Positions 20,104-28,544 of a stretch of DNA of 64,000 nt are shown here, piece after piece (position 1 is the first letter of the stretch; each line of letters opens with the position of its first letter). The position numbers and the translations under genes are program-made. Source of the DNA: a virus; the IMG/VR virus record IMGVR_UViG_3300022699_000302, positions 32,001-96,000 of that record. One strand, written 5' to 3'. The notes below the pieces were generated by a model. That model had not been told where the DNA came from. It saw only the letters and a list, made by a program, of their open reading frames with translations, and made no database searches.

Positions 20104-20539
20104 ATTCTACATGAAGCAAATCATTGTTGCTGAGGACTGGAACGAGCTCCTCAACTCAGCAATGAGGCAAATCATCGCTAAGGCAGTTCGCAAGGCAGTT
20201 CGCAAGGCGAGGCCTCCTCACATAGATACATCCCAGCTGTGGCTGTATTGGTCTGCTCTTTTGAATGAGTGGTGTGTGGCGACACAAAAACTGGAGTTCG
20301 ACTCATATACAGCGGTCTGGAACTGGCCCAAGGACATGCCACCGTACGACCGGAGGCACCGGAGGCAATGGAGAGCTTTCCTGCTGAAGACCTTCAATAT
20401 TCATTTGAAGCTCGAAAACATAGATCTCCCTGATAACCAAGAGGAGCGGATCATCCCGTTGACCAGCACCCCCGATCTTCGGGATTGGTGGAATCACTCC
20501 CACCTGAAAGAGCTGCAATGTGTAAGGAGCAGATCATGA
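20096..20539 (+). CDS. WW-motif family protein
   Basis: GTG start after GGAGGAG; ends RDWWNHSHLKEL. Confidence 0.75.
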   Translation: MTEFYMKQIIVAEDWNELLNSAMRQIIAKAVRKAVRKARPPHIDTSQLWLYWSALLNEWCVATQKLEFDSYTAVWNWPKDMPPYDRRHRRQWRAFLLKTFNIHLKLENIDLPDNQEERIIPLTSTPDLRDWWNHSHLKELQCVRSRS

Positions 20540-21057
20540 CACCAGAACAACAATTGAAATCTATCAGAAAGCAGTTATTCGCTCTCATCAAGGGTTGGTT
20601 CGACGATTACGGTATACCTCTTTCCACGGTATTGATCTGGGAAGAAGCGGTCGAGGCTGCGTATCAGAGGAAACTCGACGGAAATAAGATACAAGCGGTA
20701 ACCATTGAAAAGTACGAAATCGAGGATACCTGGTCGGTCTATGCACACCTGGTCGATCCGATCTACTCGAAGGAGGGGGAGGAGTGGCTCCCCTTCCACG
20801 AAAGTGACTTCCCTTCGATGATCGCCAAGTGTGTGGAGATCACCGCAGTCAACAAGACTCTTTCCGAATGCTTTCTTGACCTTCAGATCGACCCCAACGC
20901 ACATGCCACGCCGGAAAAGGCAGTGATCTATCGCGGTAGGAGCGAGAGTACTTTTGAGCTTCTGGTCGAAAGGATGCTGGGTCTTGCTGCCTCCGGAACC
21001 TTGGTCGAGCCGGATTGGTGGAACCACCGCAGGTTTAAGGAGTTGATCCATGGATAA
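20536..21057 (+). CDS. WW-motif family protein
   Basis: Ends PDWWNHRRFKEL. Confidence 0.75.
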   Translation: MTPEQQLKSIRKQLFALIKGWFDDYGIPLSTVLIWEEAVEAAYQRKLDGNKIQAVTIEKYEIEDTWSVYAHLVDPIYSKEGEEWLPFHESDFPSMIAKCVEITAVNKTLSECFLDLQIDPNAHATPEKAVIYRGRSESTFELLVERMLGLAASGTLVEPDWWNHRRFKELIHG

Positions 21058-21562
21058 AGTCCCTCAACCCAGTGCGTACTGGGTGTTGTACGATCAATTG
21101 AAGCGAAATGTAGATAGTCTCAACGAGCTCGATATCTGGGACCATGCCAAGAAGGACTCCGAAGCTGGTTACGTCTCGGGGTTCAACCCTTTAGCAATAG
21201 CCATGGATCGTGATTTTTCGTGCTATGCCTACGCAGACACGCCGAGATTCACGGACTACGTAGGCATATGGTACCCCCTGGCACTTGCGAAGCCTCCAGC
21301 GCTCGGACGGTATATCAAGTTGGCTGAGCTCACCAATCAGCTTTTGAGAGCAGTAGCGGATCTCGGCTGGAGTGGTGATCTCCGCATACCCTTTCCGCAA
21401 AACGCGGTTGTTCTCTGTGGGGAGCAATCTCCAACACTTGATCTGCTGTTGAAGCGTGCGTTCGGCATAAGAAGCGGTCCTGCTGAAGCAACTCCGGGAC
21501 CCAGTGTTCCGAGGAAATGGTGGACCCACCACCGATTCCGATTGGAGGTCGGTCATGCATGA
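21050..21562 (+). CDS. WW-motif family protein
   Basis: Ends RKWWTHHRFRLE. Confidence 0.75.
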   Translation: MDKVPQPSAYWVLYDQLKRNVDSLNELDIWDHAKKDSEAGYVSGFNPLAIAMDRDFSCYAYADTPRFTDYVGIWYPLALAKPPALGRYIKLAELTNQLLRAVADLGWSGDLRIPFPQNAVVLCGEQSPTLDLLLKRAFGIRSGPAEATPGPSVPRKWWTHHRFRLEVGHA

Positions 21563-22016
21563 TGTTTCCCTAGCCAGCCGGAGAGCCCGTCTCGAACAGA
21601 TTTCATCAATGTTGGAGCGGATATCTCCCTGGAAGTTGGCTGATGAGAGTTTGGGAGTTTACTGCCCCTCTGGTGAAGGTGTTGCGCAGTATCTAGCCAT
21701 AGACTACGACGGGAGCGTATATACATACGAGGGAAAGCCTGTCTTCGACACAAGGGCAGGGGTTTGGATGCCCTCACAGAAACACCCAGACTGCTACACT
21801 CGGGTATCTCCCCTCTCTGACTTGGTTTGCAGCCTTCCGAAGGAGTGTCGTCTCAGCCATACATCGCCGAATCATGAGACGGTGAAACGAGCCTTTGTCA
21901 AACGGGAATCACCGTTCATCATCGCTGTACAGAATTTCCTCGGTCTTGGCGGATACGCCGAACGCGATTGGTGGAATCACTTACGGTTCGAAGAAATGAT
22001 GTTGTCTACGGCCTAA
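21555..22016 (+). CDS. WW-motif family protein
   Basis: Ends RDWWNHLRFEEM. Confidence 0.75.
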   Translation: MHDVSLASRRARLEQISSMLERISPWKLADESLGVYCPSGEGVAQYLAIDYDGSVYTYEGKPVFDTRAGVWMPSQKHPDCYTRVSPLSDLVCSLPKECRLSHTSPNHETVKRAFVKRESPFIIAVQNFLGLGGYAERDWWNHLRFEEMMLSTA

Positions 22017-22018
22017 GA
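22010..22018 (+). promoter_or_regulatory. Putative early promoter motif GGCCTAAGA
   Basis: GGCCTAAGACAATAGAG upstream of 22061. Confidence 0.65.
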
Positions 22019-22060
22019 CAATAGAGCTGATTAGCCGTTCCTAATGGAACAGGAGTTTTT

Positions 22061-22633
22061 ATGTATCCAAAACCCGACTTAGAGGGAGAAGAGGAGGAAT
22101 TGCCGCCTAAGCCCAAACCTAAGAAGCCCAGGCCCAAGCCCGGGCCCAAGTCCAAGCATAAGGCGGTGCCTCCCGGTTTCCCCGAACCACTGGATGAATC
22201 CCAGGAAAGAAAGGAGTTGCTGGAACAGAAGCATCTGGTCAATTACGACAGCTTGGCCAAGTCTGAGCGGAACATGCTCAAGACTACTGCGGAGACCTCA
22301 GTTGAGCTGGAAAAGGCTCGAGAGGTCACAGCGGACCGGTACAACAAACTGTGTGAGGCCGAGTACGAAGTAGAGGATGTCGAGTACGGTTTAGCCAAAG
22401 CAGAACAGAAGCTGGAGGATTACCAGCAATCAACGGTTGGCCGGCTCAAGGCACGCCTGATCAAGCTGATAAGCGGTTACCCCATTATCGATAAGCTTGA
22501 GGAGGAGATCGCAGCCCTACACATCAAGCAGGAGACTGCCATGAATGAGTATGAGGCTGCAACGAAAGCATGGCAGGACGCTCTGGAGAAGGAGCGCCGA
22601 ATCGCGGAGATCAACCGCAAAGACAACCCGTAG
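22061..22633 (+). CDS. Pro/Lys-rich coiled-coil protein
   Basis: PKPK-rich N-terminus followed by heptads. Confidence 0.75.
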   Translation: MYPKPDLEGEEEELPPKPKPKKPRPKPGPKSKHKAVPPGFPEPLDESQERKELLEQKHLVNYDSLAKSERNMLKTTAETSVELEKAREVTADRYNKLCEAEYEVEDVEYGLAKAEQKLEDYQQSTVGRLKARLIKLISGYPIIDKLEEEIAALHIKQETAMNEYEAATKAWQDALEKERRIAEINRKDNP

Positions 22634-22651
22634 CTAAGGGGGATAGAGTAC

Positions 22652-23245
22652 ATGGGTAAGACCAAGGACAAGGACAAGGCCGAGGAGACCGAGGAACGAG
22701 AGTTCCCGACGATCAAGCCGACGTTCCTGCCCGGCCAGATAGTCTGGCTGATCGATGACGACGACGTCGACGAAGAGTACGACTGTCCGGCCTGCAAGGC
22801 ACACGGACAGATCAAGCTCTACGACGAAGAAGCGTATGACTGCCCGAAGTGTCACGGCAAGGGTCAGCTCAAGCGCAAGGTCGTCGAGTTCTTCGTGAAG
22901 TCACCGGCACTGGTCTACGAGTTCGACTTCACCTGCACGCTCAAAGATCAGGCGGTCCGCGAGACCTACGATCTCAAGCTGCCGGAGAAACTCGCAGAGA
23001 ACGATGCCCGGTTCAAGACCGGCAAGGATCTCGACTGGGAGAACGCCACGGCATACCGCCGGGTCAACCGGATCGTGCCGCTCCTGATCGCACCGACCTA
23101 TGAAGAGGCGATCGAACGTGCTGAGACCCTGACGAAAACGGATCGAGAGGCCAAAGAACGAGAAGAGGCCGAGAAGCGGAAGAAGCAGCAGGAAGAGGCC
23201 AAGGAAAAGGCCCGCAAGAATGAGCTGATGTCCGCAATGAAGTAA
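22652..23245 (+). CDS. Protein with DnaJ-type Zn-finger motif
   Basis: CPACKAHG...CPKCHGKG. Confidence 0.7.
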   Translation: MGKTKDKDKAEETEEREFPTIKPTFLPGQIVWLIDDDDVDEEYDCPACKAHGQIKLYDEEAYDCPKCHGKGQLKRKVVEFFVKSPALVYEFDFTCTLKDQAVRETYDLKLPEKLAENDARFKTGKDLDWENATAYRRVNRIVPLLIAPTYEEAIERAETLTKTDREAKEREEAEKRKKQQEEAKEKARKNELMSAMK

Positions 23246-23273
23246 CTGACTTGGTGATGTCGACACCACCAAG

Positions 23274-23308
23274 AGAAGGACCCTCATATCGGGGGTCCTT
23301 CTTTTTTA
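23274..23308 (+). terminator. Intrinsic terminator
   Basis: AGAAGGACCC/GGGTCCTTCT hairpin followed by a T-tract. Confidence 0.8.
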
Positions 23309-23313
23309 CTTCG

Positions 23314-23322
23314 TATACTGGT
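23314..23322 (+). promoter_or_regulatory. Putative late promoter motif TATACTGGT
   Basis: Exact 9-mer just before ATG 23326. Confidence 0.5.
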
Positions 23323-23325
23323 TGC

Positions 23326-24699
23326 ATGAACAGCGTCACCCAGCAGATGAAGCTCAAAAAGGACCCGAACCGGAAGTCTACGGATAGTGATAAACTCCGT
23401 GACCCCGCCGAGGAGAACATGGGCGTGGAAGAAGCCAAGACCGGCAAAGAGAAGGTTCGTGAGAGCCTGAAAGAGCTGCATCAGATAATGTCGGATAAAG
23501 AGAAGCCGGAGCGATTCACATCCGCTACCCGTACCGCCTTGAAAGAACAAGGCAAGAAGCTGGATACCCGAGGGATCGAGAACATGTCGGGAGTATCTCC
23601 TACCGCTAAGGAAAAGCTGGCTCAAACCCAGAACACCTTAGCCCCTGTTCTTCGTGATGTCGGTCGGTATGCTCCTCTTGGTGCTGCCGGGGGTGCTGCC
23701 CTTGGTGCGATGAGTGCTGGTGAGGGTGAGAACAAAGGACAGAAGGCCCTACAGTTCGGAGCGATGGGCGCTCTTGGCGCCGGAGCCCTGGGTGGTTTGA
23801 CCGGCGAGGGGATTAAGCCCTTGCTCCAGAAAGGCAAGGATGTTGTCGAAGCTCCGGCGGCTAGGGCTCAGGCTCAGCAGGCCCAGGAAAAAGCTGTAGG
23901 ACAGGTAGCCAAGAAGAAAGACTTTAGTCGTGTTAAACCCAAGACTGTGCCGGGTAAGCCGCTGACTCAAAAAGGCGTCCAGTCGGCTCAGACCTTGAAG
24001 AAGAAACAGAAGACCCAGTCGGCCCTCAATGCTCGCCGACGTGTGAAAGGATTGCCCGTGAAAGCCGCTGAGAAACTTGCTGATGCGATGCAAGCGATTC
24101 GCTCTGCGATGAGGAACCCGGCTGCTGCAGGAGCGGCCGGCGGTTTAGCTGGTGCCGGTATTGGCGCTGGTGTTGGAGCCCTAACTGCAGGTAAAGATGA
24201 AGAAGGGAAGAAAAGACGAGGTCGAGGCGCTCTGCGTGGTGCTCTTGCTGGTGCTGGCCTGGGCACTGCTGCTGGTGCTGGAGGGGGGCTCTTAGCCCGC
24301 CGCATGGGCAAGTCTCGCCTGGGACGTGAAAACTTGAGAGCGGTGGCGCGAGGAGCGGATACCGGTAAAGCCAAGGCCACGGAAACTGCGGGCAAGGCTA
24401 AGACCAAGCTGAAGGAGCAGAAGGAAAAAATCCAGCAGGCTATCAAGCGGAGACAGGCTGAGGGTCAGGTCAAATCAACTCAGCACGACTACGCTCGTCG
24501 TAAACAAGATCCTGTTACCGGTTCTGGTCCTTCGATAGATAAGGCCAGGGCAGAGGCTGCACGCAAGGGCGAGGCCGAGAAGATCACAGAGAGCGTGACC
24601 GGCCAGAAGTCGAAGCCCGAACCCAAGCCCAAGAAGAAAAAGCGGTGGGGTAAGCGTCGGCCCAAACTCAAACTTCGTGGTGAGCGCAAGGGCAGGTAA
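23326..24699 (+). CDS. Gly/Ala/Lys-rich putative virion (internal) protein
   Basis: Glycine-zipper-like GAAGG/GAG segments separated by basic linkers. Confidence 0.65.
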   Translation: MNSVTQQMKLKKDPNRKSTDSDKLRDPAEENMGVEEAKTGKEKVRESLKELHQIMSDKEKPERFTSATRTALKEQGKKLDTRGIENMSGVSPTAKEKLAQTQNTLAPVLRDVGRYAPLGAAGGAALGAMSAGEGENKGQKALQFGAMGALGAGALGGLTGEGIKPLLQKGKDVVEAPAARAQAQQAQEKAVGQVAKKKDFSRVKPKTVPGKPLTQKGVQSAQTLKKKQKTQSALNARRRVKGLPVKAAEKLADAMQAIRSAMRNPAAAGAAGGLAGAGIGAGVGALTAGKDEEGKKRRGRGALRGALAGAGLGTAAGAGGGLLARRMGKSRLGRENLRAVARGADTGKAKATETAGKAKTKLKEQKEKIQQAIKRRQAEGQVKSTQHDYARRKQDPVTGSGPSIDKARAEAARKGEAEKITESVTGQKSKPEPKPKKKKRWGKRRPKLKLRGERKGR

Positions 24700-25229
24700 T
24701 GCCTCAACAACATCAAGCCATAGACCCGAATCTTTTAGCTGATATGCCGCCGGAGCGGGCACGTCAGCTCGTTGTCGCTATCCTGAAGATGCAGGCGGTG
24801 ATGAAAGCCCGCATGGAACAGGAAGCGATGCGCCAGCAGGCCATGCAGGGTCAGCTCGAGCGCGCCATGATCAAGGAACGAATGATGAACAAAACATCAG
24901 CACAGAACTGGCTCAAACTCACTAGTGAAGCCCTGGAAGAAGGCATCAAAGAAGCTGCCGGCGATCCTATCGGAGGCGCTATCGGTGCTGGCCTGCTCAA
25001 CGCATTGCGTGGCGGACTCGGTGGGGCCGGCACAGGTGCTACTATTGGCGGGGCTGCTGGGCTTCTGGGTAAGCCTCAGGGCGATGAATCTCAGCTCGAT
25101 CTGATCTTGCGTCGTATGAAGAAAGGTTTGCTGCTTGGTGGCGGCATCGGTGCCGGCGTCGGCGGTCTTAGTGGTGCGGCTGGTGGTGCCGCGACAGGTA
25201 ACCCGTTTTTCCCCGTGAACGTGGAATAG
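24699..25229 (+). CDS. Glycine-zipper-like protein
   Basis: KTSA and KEAAG motifs followed by GAGxGGxxG segments. Confidence 0.7.
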   Translation: MPQQHQAIDPNLLADMPPERARQLVVAILKMQAVMKARMEQEAMRQQAMQGQLERAMIKERMMNKTSAQNWLKLTSEALEEGIKEAAGDPIGGAIGAGLLNALRGGLGGAGTGATIGGAAGLLGKPQGDESQLDLILRRMKKGLLLGGGIGAGVGGLSGAAGGAATGNPFFPVNVE

Positions 25230-25234
25230 CCTTA

Positions 25235-25612
25235 ATGGACAAGTCAGCAGCTGAGATGTGGTTCGATCTCGCCAGTTCTGCCTTTGAGGAAGCGGTGAAA
25301 GAAGCCGGCCCTCTCGGGGCAGGGCTCGGTGCGTATGAAGGTGCTGCTCATCTCGGTCTTGGTAGTGCTTTGGGTGGGGGTGCTCTCGGCGGGTTAGCCG
25401 GGGTCATGGGTGTGCCGGATCGCGAGAAAGGCGAGACCCGCTGGGACCTGATCAAGAAGCGTCTGGGTAAAGGCTTGTTGTACGGAGGAGCTGCCGGTGC
25501 CGGGGTCGGTGCTGGCGCCGGCGGATACGCCGGTCATACCATGGAAGAAGGCGCGAATAAGCTTCTCAGCGGTTTGAGGAACAAGATTCAGATCACACCC
25601 GGTAATGTCTAA
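25235..25612 (+). CDS. Glycine-zipper-like protein, paralog of 24699..25229
   Basis: Shared layout K.AG..G...G...G.P..GE...DL...R..KGLL.GG..GAGVG. Confidence 0.7.
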   Translation: MDKSAAEMWFDLASSAFEEAVKEAGPLGAGLGAYEGAAHLGLGSALGGGALGGLAGVMGVPDREKGETRWDLIKKRLGKGLLYGGAAGAGVGAGAGGYAGHTMEEGANKLLSGLRNKIQITPGNV

Positions 25613-26982
25613 TGAAGAAGCTCGGACTCACATCTGATGCGGCTATTGCTCTAGGGTCCCCTGTCGGAGGAGCTCTCCTTGGCGGGGGTGCTGGTGTGGG
25701 CCTGACCCATCTCTACAACAAGCTGTTGAAGCCGCAGGACCCCGAAGCCGAACCTGAGGACATGACAGAACAGGCCAACAAGGCACGCCTGTTACGGGGT
25801 GCGGGCCTTGGTGCAACCGCCGGCGGATTAGCGGGCTTACTCCCTGCTGTTGGTCTGATGGCTAAAGGTGGGGCTGCCGGGTCCACCATGATGGACGACC
25901 GTAATGATCATCACGATCAAATTCCCGGCGGTCTCGCCGATAAGAAGAAACCCGGCGACTTCAGTAAGGAACAGATCCGCAAGGGCATCAAGGTCGAGAT
26001 GGAACACACCGACGATCGGTCTAAAGCTCGTGAGATCGCCATGGACCACCTGACCGAGGACCCGAAGTACTACGACAAGCTCGAGACTATTGAGCCACAC
26101 CACAAAGAAGATGGAGATAAGAAGGCGGGAGATCCCAATATTAGGTCCGGCGATCCCTACCGAGCTCATGGCCAGCATACCCATCGCCGTAACGGCGGTC
26201 GTCCCCCCAAGGACAAGAAGAATTATATTCAAGAGCGGATCAAAGGTGCCGCCAAAGAAGATGCCCCGAATTACCGTAAGTCTGAGTCAGCGGCGATCTG
26301 TGGTAACTGTGCATTCAGCAAAAAAGCATTTTGCACCCGTTACTACTTCAAAGTCAAAGAAGACTGGACTTGTGATGCTTGGGCTGAGGAGAGCGACAAC
26401 AAAACAGCCGCTCAATACGGAGTAAACCCGATCCATGACGCTGTGGATGCCGTTGGGCAGAAAGGTGGGGTGATCCCTGCTGCGCTTTCAGCCCTGGTTC
26501 GAGGCCTGCAGGGTACCGGGAGAGTTGCCGGCAAAGGGATTAAAGCTGTGGGACGAGGAGCTCGACGTATGTTCCCCGAAGTTGAGGAAGCTAAGATGCA
26601 AAGAGGCAAGTACGGACATCGAGTCAAACAGGCCTACTCGGGCCAGAAGATGCTGCAGATGATGGACTCGGAGTATGCTCACGAGCCCTACACTCATTCA
26701 TTCGATGTGTTGAGCACGCCGGAGAAAGCGAACCACTTGCCGATGACTCTGGGTGGTGGTGTGCTGGGTGGTTTAGGAGGACTGGCCGCTACGATGAACC
26801 GTGGTGGTGCAGGCGCAGGACGCTGGGCAACGCCCCTTCTCGGAGGAGGCTTAGGGGCGTTGCTCGGCGGCGGTCTCGGCTACCTGACCAGCCGGTCGAC
26901 CCACGGAGCGGATCTCGAGCGTAAGAAGGATTTCCAGAACGCGGTAAGAGAGGCGATGGGCAGTGGAGAGCAAGGCGTATAA
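25612..26982 (+). CDS. Multidomain Gly-rich protein with DUF5661-like and CxxC (HiPIP-like) segments
   Basis: IPGGLAD...GIKVEMEHT....AREIAMDHL.EDPKYYDKL; NYR...CGNC...C...WTCDAW. Confidence 0.65.
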   Translation: MKKLGLTSDAAIALGSPVGGALLGGGAGVGLTHLYNKLLKPQDPEAEPEDMTEQANKARLLRGAGLGATAGGLAGLLPAVGLMAKGGAAGSTMMDDRNDHHDQIPGGLADKKKPGDFSKEQIRKGIKVEMEHTDDRSKAREIAMDHLTEDPKYYDKLETIEPHHKEDGDKKAGDPNIRSGDPYRAHGQHTHRRNGGRPPKDKKNYIQERIKGAAKEDAPNYRKSESAAICGNCAFSKKAFCTRYYFKVKEDWTCDAWAEESDNKTAAQYGVNPIHDAVDAVGQKGGVIPAALSALVRGLQGTGRVAGKGIKAVGRGARRMFPEVEEAKMQRGKYGHRVKQAYSGQKMLQMMDSEYAHEPYTHSFDVLSTPEKANHLPMTLGGGVLGGLGGLAATMNRGGAGAGRWATPLLGGGLGALLGGGLGYLTSRSTHGADLERKKDFQNAVREAMGSGEQGV

Positions 26983-27025
26983 ACTTGGTTTCGTCGGATG
27001 CAACCAAGATCCCAGGGAGATAGGA

Positions 27026-27277
27026 ATGACCAAAGAGACAGAGAAGGTCAAAAAGCCTGAAATCGAGCCCAAAGACATTTCACATGAGCTGTGGCGAGAA
27101 TACGAATTCGAGGGCAGGGTATACCGCATCGACGCGCCCAAGGAGCTCTATGTCGGTAAAACCACTCATCGTGTTGTCGATTCCGAGGGAGTTGCACATT
27201 GTTGCCCCGCACCCGGGCAGAGTGGTTGTGTGGTCCGCTGGAAGAACCCCGATGGGGAGCCCCCTGTTAATTTTTAG
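27026..27277 (+). CDS. Hypothetical protein
   Basis: GGGAG RBS; WREYEF..RVYRI..P...THRVVD. Confidence 0.7.
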   Translation: MTKETEKVKKPEIEPKDISHELWREYEFEGRVYRIDAPKELYVGKTTHRVVDSEGVAHCCPAPGQSGCVVRWKNPDGEPPVNF

Positions 27278-27294
27278 TTGACTCGCAGTGGTTG

Positions 27295-27382
27295 ACGCGG
27301 AACAATGCCGGTAGGGGCGAGAGTCCTTGTCCGGCATTGTGCTGTTCAAGCCTTTACGCTCCCCGCGTATACTCTCGCCCCT
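27295..27382 (+). ncRNA. Putative pseudoknotted structured RNA
   Basis: Stem 27302-27311/27331-27340; its loop 27313-27324 is perfectly complementary to 27371-27382. Confidence 0.45.
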
Positions 27383-27404
27383 CTACTCTTTTAGTTGAGA
27401 TATT

Positions 27405-27593
27405 ATGCCGAAGCGGAAGCCCGAAACCATGATCAAGGCTCTGTTGAAGAATCCGCAGAAGCCGGCAACCCGTAAGCAATTGGCAGAAGCTCTGCAGCAC
27501 ATGCTCGATATCCGCGAACAGATGACCCAGTTGTCAGTCGGCGGAAGTTCTGATCGTGTTGCTTTGGACGTGATCAACGGCTACTACAAGTAA
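27405..27593 (+). CDS. Small hypothetical protein
   Basis: 62 aa, in the plus-strand run. Confidence 0.6.
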   Translation: MPKRKPETMIKALLKNPQKPATRKQLAEALQHMLDIREQMTQLSVGGSSDRVALDVINGYYK

Positions 27594-27606
27594 CCCAGGA
27601 GATGCT

Positions 27607-28149
27607 ATGTATTTGAATTTGCTGTCGATTTTTAATGGATCGAGTCCCGGTAATGTTTCCACCGGAGGAATCCCCTGGGGAACCGATTGCGGCGGATATA
27701 CCTCTTGTGAGGTTACAAGTACCCCTCCTGTCCAAATCGAAGTGACTTCGTCGTCTGACTCGGCTGAATGGACCCCTACCTTGGGAGAGTCGTTTAAGCA
27801 CTCGAGTCGAGGATCCGCAACTATTCTTGATGCGATCATAGATGCAATGAATCTGGAATATGAGCCCAATACGGTGATGGACGGCGGGGACATCAGCGAG
27901 TACGTCAACATCTACGGGAGTACGACCATTGATATCTGGGAGTACACGCTTCCCCGAGGACAGATCGTTCCTGATCTCTACACGCTTCGTAAGAAGGTCC
28001 GTGAGTCAGTACGGGAGTATCTCGAGGATGTCCCGGCTATTCGTAACTCCACGTTTTGCTGGACCGCATCAGTCAAAGACATTCCTCACCCCACCGGGGA
28101 AGGGTATGGCTACAAGATCTATATCGGATTCTCGCATTTGCCGAGGTAG
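27607..28149 (+). CDS. Hypothetical protein
   Basis: AGGAGA RBS, 180 aa. Confidence 0.7.
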   Translation: MYLNLLSIFNGSSPGNVSTGGIPWGTDCGGYTSCEVTSTPPVQIEVTSSSDSAEWTPTLGESFKHSSRGSATILDAIIDAMNLEYEPNTVMDGGDISEYVNIYGSTTIDIWEYTLPRGQIVPDLYTLRKKVRESVREYLEDVPAIRNSTFCWTASVKDIPHPTGEGYGYKIYIGFSHLPR

Positions 28150-28151
28150 GT

Positions 28152-28544
28152 ATGACCCGACTGAATCGATTCCTTCCGCCGTTCTTAGTCTTGTTGTTCA
28201 TCGGCGGGGTTGTGGCGAGTTATTTCACCGGTCCGAATCTTCTCCAGGATAGCCCAGGATCGACGTCAGAGCCCTTAGGGGCCCCTGGTATAGAGAAGGG
28301 GGTAGAGATCGTCGATATTGACGTTTCTGGTAGCTTGTTCCACCTCAAGTCGGACACTATGGGAGACATGTACGTCGACGAGATTCGATGGCCCTGGGTC
28401 AAACTCCGAAGAGAACACAAGCATATTCCCGGCACCTATTGGGTCAATTGGAACGAGGTCTCGCACTACCGCACAGCCGGTATGAAAGGTCACGACCGAG
28501 AGGTCGAGCGGAAAGACAGCCGGCACAGCCATACAGAAGAATGA
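28152..28544 (+). CDS. Hypothetical exported/membrane protein
   Basis: N-terminal hydrophobic segment; GAGGTAGG RBS. Confidence 0.7.
   Translation: MTRLNRFLPPFLVLLFIGGVVASYFTGPNLLQDSPGSTSEPLGAPGIEKGVEIVDIDVSGSLFHLKSDTMGDMYVDEIRWPWVKLRREHKHIPGTYWVNWNEVSHYRTAGMKGHDREVERKDSRHSHTEE

Noticed and set aside
20180-20208. 12-nt tandem duplication (KAVRKAVRKA); similar short in-frame duplications near 15714 and 34786
   Set aside because: Isolated slippage-type duplications with no pattern suggesting phase variation.
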